From positions 1 through 6,048 of IMG/VR virus record IMGVR_UViG_2667527717_000014: a DNA stretch of 6,048 nt; one strand, given 5' to 3'. Source of the stretch: a virus (taxonomy: Duplodnaviria > Heunggongvirae > Uroviricota > Caudoviricetes). Below are positions 1 to 5,206 of this stretch, piece after piece. Within the stretch, counting starts at the first letter, position 1. Every line of letters begins with the position of its first letter. The notes under the pieces are model-generated. The model made no database searches and was not told the origin of the DNA. It worked only from the letters and a program-made list of their open reading frames with translations. The position numbers were made by a program, and so were the translations under genes.

Positions 1-245
1 ACCACCGCCTGCCGCTTCTTCGATCCGCGCCTNNCNNCGNNNANCANNAAGCGAGCATTAGGATGTTCACTGAGCCACATATACTTATTCCTGCAAAAGA
101 AAGTATCGCGTGTGTCATACTTCATGGCAAATCCAAAACCGACTTTTATGATGGATAACGTATGTATACTAAATGCAACATATGAAATGCAGCCAATAAG
201 AAATAATGGGACGAAAACTGACATTAAATAGTTATTATCATCATC
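1..245 (-). CDS. Hypothetical hydrophobic protein, 3'-partial (runs off window start; crosses ambiguous bases 33-50)
   Basis: ATG at 245..243 (minus), same frame as the upstream 291..881 ORF, with no in-frame stop down to position 1 by manual codon check. Translation MIDNNYLMSVFVPLFLIGCISYVAFSIHTLSIIKVGFGFAMKYDTRDTFFCRNKYMWLSEHPNARF... contains a transmembrane-like segment. No convincing SD; may be the tail of a disrupted larger gene. Confidence 0.35.
33..50. other. Run of ambiguous base calls (N interspersed with called bases)
   Basis: Sequence reads nncnncgnnnancannaa; it coincides with a switch from GC-rich (1-32) to AT-rich composition. Interspersed called bases point to low-quality sequence rather than a sized scaffold gap. 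Confidence 0.9.
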
Positions 246-290
246 AGTTGGCGTTACTTTCCTTTTCTTTACTTTTGAGGGCATCAATAT

Positions 291-881
291 TAAACAAATA
301 ATGCAAACAAGGTAAATGATGCAATACAATATAAAAATAAAAAGTAATGCTACAACTGCCGTCATGAGTTTATTGAATGTAGCATCAAATGGAATGTCAA
401 ACAAATTGGAAATTAGCGAGCGTGCAATATAATATGAAATTAATGATACAATTACCCACACATATTTAATTCCCAGGTTAATTTTTATGGCTATGTTTTT
501 TTCTTCATTATCGAACGATTTTATGTGAGATGATATTGTGTATGTAATACACAATATCGTCACAAAAGCCAATGTATATGGAATGATGGTATTTATATAA
601 CCAATAACGTTAAAGGAAACAATTGTTAATAAAAACAGAAATACCGACAACAGTGCGGCATCTTGCGTTTTTTTATAATTTTTTCGAAGGCGAACGGCCT
701 GTTGACTGGATGACTTTTTATTCCAATTATTTTGTACGATTAATCCGCTGAGAATAATCATACCAAACCAAATAAGAATGGGGTATACAGGATCACTCTG
801 AGGTATGATGACGAGCACTGCCATAAAAAACAATAAACTGTGAACAATCCCGAGGTGTAAGGAAGAGTATATACTTTTCAT
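291..881 (-). CDS. Polytopic inner-membrane protein of unknown function (196 aa), AT-rich cargo gene
   Basis: Manual translation: ATG at 881..879, stop TAA at 293..291, upstream in-frame stop at 911..909, and no stops across 196 codons in AT-rich DNA where stops are frequent. Protein MKSIYSSLHLGIVHSLLFFMAVLVIIPQSDPVYPILIWFGMIILSGLIVQNNWNKK...LMTAVVALLFIFILYCIIYLVCIFV has about 5-6 hydrophobic helix-length segments with basic loops. Weak SD (AAGG, 7 nt upstream). Not in the supplied ORF track. Confidence 0.6.
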
Positions 882-992
882 CGATGACCTTTTTAATAAT
901 GGGTTATTCTATTGGAATTAGAAAAACCACCAGCAGGCCATTACTGTCAAGCCCGGACGCTGTCTGTTTTATCCGTAGCACACGTACATAAA

Positions 993-1018
993 CGCGCCAT
1001 CCGAACCACGATGGCGCG
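993..1018 (-). terminator. Candidate rho-independent terminator closing the minus-strand prophage operon
   Basis: Perfect 9-bp GC-rich inverted repeat cgcgccatc (993-1001) / gatggcgcg (1010-1018) with an 8-nt loop, starting 10 nt after the stop of the 1029..1199 ORF. On the minus-strand RNA it is followed by UUUAUGU. Confidence 0.5.
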
Positions 1019-1028
1019 ACAGTACATC

Positions 1029-1199
1029 TTACAGTTGGTCAGACTTTCCTTCAGGGCGTATCAGCTCGTCCCGTGATTCAGGCGTTATTACAATCTGATG
1101 ACTCAGCAATGGCACGACCACGAACTCACCAGAACTGAGTACGTATACAAGATATCTGCCAGGAACTTTCAACATTCTCAACAGTTCATCTGTATTCAT
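1029..1199 (-). CDS. Small hypothetical protein (56 aa)
   Basis: Internal ATG at 1199..1197 of track ORF 1029..1262, preceded by GGAG 8 nt upstream. The TTG-initiated N-terminal extension in the track is less likely. Translation MNTDELLRMLKVPGRYLVYVLSSGEFVVVPLLSHQIVITPESRDELIRPEGKSDQL. Confidence 0.45.
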   Translation of the reverse strand: MNTDELLRMLKVPGRYLVYVLSSGEFVVVPLLSHQIVITPESRDELIRPEGKSDQL

Positions 1200-1325
1200 A
1201 TTTTTGCTCCGTTGGTTAACAGATTCCCTTTCGGGAGCATTCCCTTTCATCCCTGTGCACAATCTTTTTAAAACAGTGCCGGTACGCGCATACAGGTTTG
1301 TTAGAATGTCTGTTAATAGAGCAAA

Positions 1326-1532
1326 TCAGATATCACTCTCCCCAAGGCTCCTGCATTCAAAGTTCTCCAGTTTCACATGTTCACCGGCAGTACGGCCCGC
1401 CTCTTTAGGCTTATAAAAACGCATTTCGCACTGTTTCTGGGTCAGTCTGGTTTCGGAGTAAAATGACCAGGCCACAGGCGGATTGCCTGCTTTATGGATA
1501 GTTGCTGTAATTTTGTATTTTTTCCCTTTCAT
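1326..1532 (-). CDS. Small basic hypothetical protein (68 aa)
   Basis: Track ORF with ATG at 1532..1530, co-oriented with the flanking prophage genes. Lys-rich N-terminus (MKGKKYKI...); no strong SD. Confidence 0.35.
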   Translation of the reverse strand: MKGKKYKITATIHKAGNPPVAWSFYSETRLTQKQCEMRFYKPKEAGRTAGEHVKLENFECRSLGESDI

Positions 1533-1607
1533 ACTTACTGCCGAAAAATGTGTTGATTATTTACACAGATTCGTATCACAAGCAGCCAGGAGTATCCAAG
1601 CAGGATA

Positions 1608-1634
1608 TGAAGGTAACCCAGTATGTTACCTTCA
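1608..1634 (-). other. Perfect 10-bp inverted repeat (hairpin) just downstream of the 1648..2388 gene
   Basis: tgaaggtaac (1608-1617) / gttaccttca (1625-1634) with a 7-nt loop, 14 nt past the stop at 1648-1650. No clean U-tract follows on the minus-strand RNA. Confidence 0.4.
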
Positions 1635-1647
1635 CTGTCTGATATCA

Positions 1648-2388
1648 TCATTCGGTACTAAGCCCCTGCCACAACGCCCTGTTACCAGGTTTATGCACTT
1701 GCCGGGAAATCTCACGGCACTTTTTCAGACGTTTCAGTTTTGCTTCCGTCCTGCGAATTTCAGCGCTGATCGCCCGTGGTGTAGGGATGACAACGTCGTC
1801 GTGCCGCCGTTCTGTGAATGACGGTATCGACTGAATAAGGTCTGCAACGTTATCTGTTGAGGCTTCAGCAGCAGTTACTGATGCCGCTAACTTTATTGCT
1901 TCAGGTTGCGGCGCAGGATTATCGTCGCGCCCCATGGCTGAACAGGCTTTCTGTTTCTCCGGTAAACCATCATCAGGCAGACTGTAACGAAACTTGCCAT
2001 CATGATTAATCCGCAAAAGACGCCCCTTTCCCGTAGCCATCGCCAGCGTGGAGGCAACCTTCCTGGCTGTTGTGCTGAAGCGCCTGGACAGTTCATCCGC
2101 CGTCTGTGGGCCGTGTTTTCGGATAGCGTCTGTCAGCTGCTTCTCATCGATTTTCATAACCGTTTCCACTGGTGTTACAGGGTTCACTATTTTTTCTTTG
2201 GCAACGTCAGTCAGTTCCTTTTCCGGTCCGGACAGAGACCAGTAGCCGTTCAGGAATATCACCCTGCCTGAGTCTTCCTGCTCACGCAGCATTTCCAGAA
2301 CATCTTTTGTCTCGATGAGCAGGCGTGCTGCGACCTCGCGAGCAGTGGCTTTTCCCATCGCTTTCAGTGCATCAGTCACTGTTTCCAT
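1648..2388 (-). CDS. Prophage hypothetical protein (246 aa) with internally duplicated, winged-helix-like N-terminal repeats
   Basis: Start moved to the internal ATG at 2388..2386, preceded by AGGAGA 8 nt upstream and lying 23 nt after the DnaC-like stop (2412-2414). The track's ATG at 2463 would overlap the DnaC-like gene by 52 nt. Two similar ~50-aa segments: TVTDALKAMGKATAREVAARL...GRVIFLNGYWSLS and QLTDAIRKHGPQTADELSRRF...GRLLRINHDGKFRYSL. Confidence 0.7.
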   Translation of the reverse strand: METVTDALKAMGKATAREVAARLLIETKDVLEMLREQEDSGRVIFLNGYWSLSGPEKELTDVAKEKIVNPVTPVETVMKIDEKQLTDAIRKHGPQTADELSRRFSTTARKVASTLAMATGKGRLLRINHDGKFRYSLPDDGLPEKQKACSAMGRDDNPAPQPEAIKLAASVTAAEASTDNVADLIQSIPSFTERRHDDVVIPTPRAISAEIRRTEAKLKRLKKCREISRQVHKPGNRALWQGLSTE

Positions 2389-2411
2389 TGACAATTTCTC
2401 CTGTGATTCAG

Positions 2412-3152
2412 TCAGGGCCGGTTGACGTTTTTTCGCCAGCTTTCCCAGCCAAAATTTACCCATCGGCCACCGTTCATGGACATTCTGTCCATCACCCGCT
2501 GACCTGCCAGCTTAGTCAGTGCATCATGGTTCAGGTTGGTCAGCATTCCGACGCTGCGCAGGGATGCGGTCCGGCGATCAACAATCTGGTGCAGGATGAC
2601 CTGCTCGTTGCGTGTCTCACGCTGCACACCAACCTCATCAAGGATCAGCAGGTCCACTCCGCACAGCTCCTTCAAAAATTTTTCACCCGAATTTCCATCA
2701 TCGTACCCGGCATGAAGCGCACTCATCACGTCGGCGACGGTGATAACAATCACACTGCGTCCGGCGTTCATCAGGCGGTTACCTATGGCGGCGGCCAGAT
2801 GATTTTTGCCGGTACCAGGCTTACCGCTGAACACAAAATTTGTACAACCGGTATCCAGTTCAGCAGCTATGGATTTGGCCTGGCTGAGCGCATGCTTCTG
2901 GCCGTCATTCTGCACCCGGTAATTCTTGAACGAGCATCTGCGATGCAGTGGCTGAATACCGGCCCGACCGAAGATTTTTTCGGCCCTGGTCTGGCGGTTA
3001 AGTCGGTCAATTTCCTCGCAGCGTCTGCGCCCTTCGGCTAGCTGCCATTCCCGCCACTCCCCCGGCGTCCGGAACGGTGCGGAACTGTTGGCCGACCGTG
3101 GCGCCAGTTTCCTGATGCGGGCCAGAATCCCGGTATCTGCGATGTTTCTCAT
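2412..3152 (-). CDS. dnaC: DnaC-like replicative helicase loader (AAA+ ATPase, DnaC/IstB family)
   Basis: Walker A FSGKPGTGKNHLAAAIG and Walker B DLLILDEVG. Block-wise similarity to E. coli DnaC as recalled from memory (CSFxNYRV, IITVADxMSA, QIVDRR, GMLTNxN, GxRVMDRM). ATG at 3152 with GGGGTGA SD 6 nt upstream; 6-nt gap from the upstream initiator gene. Confidence 0.92.
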   Translation of the reverse strand: MRNIADTGILARIRKLAPRSANSSAPFRTPGEWREWQLAEGRRRCEEIDRLNRQTRAEKIFGRAGIQPLHRRCSFKNYRVQNDGQKHALSQAKSIAAELDTGCTNFVFSGKPGTGKNHLAAAIGNRLMNAGRSVIVITVADVMSALHAGYDDGNSGEKFLKELCGVDLLILDEVGVQRETRNEQVILHQIVDRRTASLRSVGMLTNLNHDALTKLAGQRVMDRMSMNGGRWVNFGWESWRKNVNRP

Positions 3153-3158
3153 GGCTTG

Positions 3159-4076
3159 TCACCCCCTGAAACCCGGTGGAATGGTTGTGTCCGGTGGCGA
3201 AATATCCTGAATCCTGGTCGGGCTGTCGCGGCCACGATTGCCTCCCCGGTCCTGGTCTTTTGCCAGCCAGCCGGTGATAAATTTCCTGATGCCTCGGGCG
3301 GTTTTTCGTCGTCGTCGTTCGCTGAGCAGCCATCCGCGCTGATTACGCAGTGCCTGCCGGACGTCGACCGCCGGATACAGCGTCTCAAACTCGACAACCA
3401 TCGATTCGGTCACGGAAAATTCAGAACCGTCGTTGAGCGGAAGCCGAATAAACTCAGGGTCATCAGGCGGTGTTGATGGCACACCAGCGCTCAGAGGCCG
3501 ACGCTCAGGTCCGACATGGGCTGGTCCGGTACCATCGGGCAAACTCGCACCCTGTGACCCGAAATTTTCATCCAGTTGCGTGGGGCTGATTTTTTCAGCT
3601 CCGCGCAAGAGGTTTTGATCTTTTAGATCTGTTTCTTTATCTTTATCTGGATCTTTATTAGTTGCCTTTGTGTTGGGCTCCTGTTCAAACACAGAACCAA
3701 CACCTGTTGAACATGTGTTATTTTCGCTGGCAGATTGTGCTTCCTTCCTGTTCCTTCTTGACTGAACAGATGCTTTTCCTGCTGCAGACTTTTTCGCTAA
3801 GGTTTCCCTGACCGAATGAAGATCATCTTCAATACGCTTGTGAACCCACTCCGTGCCGTTATCAGTAAAAAATTCTCTCAACGACTCTTCTACGGCTCCC
3901 CAACGCTCACTGCTAACCCGGGCAATCTTTGCCAGCCTGTTTTTCGGTATAGCCCTTCCGGTCTGCCAGTAATTGAACATCAGCAGTAAATAGGCCCCAT
4001 GCTCCTCGGTTGAAAGATGCATTGTGTCAGCCAAGTAATCAGCGATATAAAGCTGCATGTATGGAAGTGCCGCCAT
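3159..4076 (-). CDS. Phage replication initiation/organizer protein, DUF1376 (YdaU-like) N-terminal domain
   Basis: N-terminus MAALPYMQLYIADYLADTMHLSTEEHGAYLLLMFNYW matches the conserved DUF1376 motif as recalled from memory. Low-complexity acidic/basic linker (KDPDKDKETDLKD). Sits immediately upstream of the DnaC-like gene. GAGG SD 4 nt upstream of ATG 4076. Confidence 0.85.
   Translation of the reverse strand: MAALPYMQLYIADYLADTMHLSTEEHGAYLLLMFNYWQTGRAIPKNRLAKIARVSSERWGAVEESLREFFTDNGTEWVHKRIEDDLHSVRETLAKKSAAGKASVQSRRNRKEAQSASENNTCSTGVGSVFEQEPNTKATNKDPDKDKETDLKDQNLLRGAEKISPTQLDENFGSQGASLPDGTGPAHVGPERRPLSAGVPSTPPDDPEFIRLPLNDGSEFSVTESMVVEFETLYPAVDVRQALRNQRGWLLSERRRRKTARGIRKFITGWLAKDQDRGGNRGRDSPTRIQDISPPDTTIPPGFRG
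3610..3720. other. Candidate phage replication origin embedded in the initiator gene linker region
   Basis: Three GATC sites within 37 bp (3617-3620, 3626-3629, 3650-3653). AT-rich tract with CTTTAT repeats (3635-3640, 3641-3646, 3653-3658). Two palindromic TGTT-N-AACA motifs (3682-3691, 3706-3714). This corresponds to the inter-domain linker of the encoded protein, as for lambda ori within O. Confidence 0.3.
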
Positions 4077-4126
4077 AACGCCTCGCTACGCTCTTTTCCG
4101 TTCGGTCTGAATACAAAAATTAATAC

Positions 4127-4143
4127 TCACTGGTCATGTCTCT
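4127..4143. repeat. 17-bp exact direct repeat, copy 1 (tcactggtcatgtctct)
   Basis: Identical 17-mer at 4127-4143 and 4716-4732, in the same orientation, bracketing a ~590-bp segment. Confidence 0.9.
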
Positions 4144-4154
4144 CTGTTTGGTGC

Positions 4155-4214
4155 CGAACCTCCTGCTGGTGCTAGCCTGCTGATTCCCCAACCAACAGAA
4201 CCACAGGAGGTTCG
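4155..4214 (+). promoter_or_regulatory. 5' leader stem-loop sequestering the Shine-Dalgarno of the 4217..4429 gene
   Basis: cgaacctcctg (4155-4165) is the exact reverse complement of caggaggttcg (4204-4214), which contains AGGAGG (4205-4210) and ends 2 nt before ATG 4217. 11-bp perfect stem, 38-nt loop. Confidence 0.45.
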
Positions 4215-4216
4215 AC

Positions 4217-4429
4217 ATGTCAGATACAAAACTTAAAAATGGATTAACGCCTGAACAAATGGCACACGATATCGCTATGGTGCTCATCGGGAACCCATCC
4301 CATGAATGGCTTTCGGATAATGCGACCAAAACTCGTAGCACTGAATTAGCAATGAGCGCTGTAGCAGAAGAAGTCATGAACATGGAAAAACATCTTGCTG
4401 CAGCTCTTCATCAGTACACGGAGAACTAA
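4217..4429 (+). CDS. Small acidic hypothetical protein (70 aa), opposite-strand gene inserted in the early operon
   Basis: ATG 4217 with AGGAGG 6 nt upstream, stop TAA 4427-4429, followed by an intrinsic terminator. Translation MSDTKLKNGLTPEQMAHDIAMVLIGNPSHEWLSDNATKTRSTELAMSAVAEEVMNMEKHLAAALHQYTEN. Preferred over the antisense track ORF 4120..4383, which has no SD. Confidence 0.6.
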   Translation: MSDTKLKNGLTPEQMAHDIAMVLIGNPSHEWLSDNATKTRSTELAMSAVAEEVMNMEKHLAAALHQYTEN

Positions 4430-4438
4430 TCCGCATCA

Positions 4439-4465
4439 AAGGTCGCTGAGTTCGCGACCTTTTTT
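4439..4465 (+). terminator. Rho-independent terminator between convergent genes
   Basis: Stem ggtcgc (4441-4446) / gcgacc (4454-4459), extendable by flanking A/T pairs, 7-nt loop, followed by TTTTTT (4460-4465). The stop codon of the minus-strand 4465..4686 gene abuts the T-tract. Confidence 0.75.
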
Positions 4466-4686
4466 CAGTCCACTCCAGTAGGCATCCCCAACCATTTTTT
4501 TATATCGCTATAACTCAGCGTTATGGGCTGATTTTTGCCGGACTCTTCAACCGGTATGGTATGTTCCTCTTCAAATTTCTTTTCGAAGGTACGCATGTGC
4601 TCACGCCAGGCATTTCGATCTTCGATCGCTTCTTCCCTCCGGTTCAGTCTGGCGTAATACCGTTCCTGCTCAGTCAACGTTTTCAT
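4465..4686 (-). CDS. Small hypothetical protein (73 aa) downstream of the YdaT-like gene
   Basis: Internal ATG at 4686..4684 with AGGAG 6 nt upstream, preferred over the track's GTG at 4719. Translation MKTLTEQERYYARLNRREEAIEDRNAWREHMRTFEKKFEEEHTIPVEESGKNQPITLSYSDIKKWLGMPTGVD; charged and helical-looking. Confidence 0.6.
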   Translation of the reverse strand: MKTLTEQERYYARLNRREEAIEDRNAWREHMRTFEKKFEEEHTIPVEESGKNQPITLSYSDIKKWLGMPTGVD

Positions 4687-4702
4687 TACTTCTCCTGCAT
4701 GG

Positions 4703-5206
4703 TTACAACAGATGGTCACTGGTCATGTCTCTGATACTGCTGGCGGTAACTGCTTCGTAGCGTCTGTATTGCTTGTATGGCTTCATCACACTCCCGTTCA
4801 AAATCCGTAACAGGCGCACCAAGAAGTACCGCATTTGCCACTGCGGTTTTTTTAAAAACTGTGTAAGCAGATACTCGATGCTATGCCCTGCCGTGACCTG
4901 CTTATGCAGCTCCGGCGCGTGTATCCGGATTGCTTCAAGAACTGCGGGGATTAGCGCTGAAAACTTTTCGCGGTGCTCTGTCGTTTCGAGTTTTCGCCAT
5001 CGCTGAAAAATGTTTATACGATTCCGGCGCCATGCTTCGTAATCCACCGTTCCGTCATCACGTTCTATACGGTGGACAGCAATATCTGGTCTCACTTGCT
5101 GTTCCAGAAAGGCGCGGGTGATCAACTGTGTTGCACTTTCCTGACTCATTGCGGGTGTAGCCAGCCAGGATGACAGTGCTTTGTTGGCATCCTCAGGGGT
5201 GATCAT
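4703..5206 (-). CDS. ydaT: YdaT-like protein (functional analogue of CII in YdaS/YdaT-type prophages)
   Basis: Core segment NIFQRWRKLETTEHREKFSALIPAVLEAI resembles the conserved YdaT core as recalled from memory for E. coli Rac. ATG 5206 with AGGTGA SD 6 nt upstream; 14-nt overlap with the upstream Cro-like gene. Confidence 0.8.
   Translation of the reverse strand: MITPEDANKALSSWLATPAMSQESATQLITRAFLEQQVRPDIAVHRIERDDGTVDYEAWRRNRINIFQRWRKLETTEHREKFSALIPAVLEAIRIHAPELHKQVTAGHSIEYLLTQFLKKPQWQMRYFLVRLLRILNGSVMKPYKQYRRYEAVTASSIRDMTSDHLL
4716..4732. repeat. 17-bp exact direct repeat, copy 2 (tcactggtcatgtctct)
   Basis: Identical to 4127-4143. On the minus strand it encodes the RDMTSD C-terminus of the YdaT-like protein; the copy at 4127-4143 encodes RDMTSE in an otherwise non-coding or antisense context. 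Confidence 0.9.

Noticed and set aside
914-950. TTGACA and TAGAAT hexamers upstream of the membrane ORF (minus strand)
   Set aside because: The two hexamers are 33 nt apart, well outside the 16-18 nt spacing of a sigma-70 promoter; no properly spaced pair found by eye.
968-976. DnaA-box-like sequence TTATCCGTA
   Set aside because: Only 7 of 9 matches to TTATCCACA, a single copy, and no adjacent AT-rich unwinding element.
1204-1416. Plus-strand 70-aa ORF with a TTG start
   Set aside because: TTG start without an SD, antisense to the leader or coding region of the small minus-strand genes.
1483-2096. ORFs 1483..1821 (+) and 1893..2096 (-)
   Set aside because: They overlap the 1648..2388 gene in the antisense or an alternative frame and have no start signals.
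2389-2463. N-terminal extension of the 1648 gene (ATG 2463) and GTG-initiated extensions of the Cro-like (5486) and 73-aa (4719) genes
   Set aside because: Each extension overlaps the upstream gene, while an internal ATG with a good SD (AGGAGA, GGAGG, AGGAG) sits just downstream of the upstream stop.
2325-3041. Long plus-strand ORF (238 aa) and neighbouring plus-strand ORFs 2002..2271, 2048..2245, 3156..3476 and 3433..3618
   Set aside because: They lie antisense to the well-supported DnaC-like and initiator genes in GC-rich coding DNA, have no SD, and their translations are low-complexity; classic shadow ORFs.
3007-3397. Minus-strand ORFs 3007..3333 and 3149..3397
   Set aside because: Alternative frames overlapping the DnaC-like and initiator genes; Arg/Gly/Pro-rich translations typical of out-of-frame GC-rich sequence.
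4204-4216. GGTTCGA motif resembling a tRNA T-loop
   Set aside because: No flanking acceptor, D or anticodon arm structure; the motif is the SD region of the 70-aa gene and pairs with 4155-4165.
4120-4383. Minus-strand 87-aa ORF antisense to the 4217..4429 gene
   Set aside because: No SD upstream of its ATG, whereas the plus-strand ORF has AGGAGG at ideal spacing and its own terminator. Its C-terminus (RDMTSEY) is explained by the duplicated 17-mer carrying the ydaT-like 3' end.
4773-5173. Plus-strand ORFs 4773..5006, 4930..5121 and 4973..5173
   Set aside because: Antisense to the YdaT-like gene, with no ribosome-binding sites and Cys/Arg-rich nonsense-like translations.
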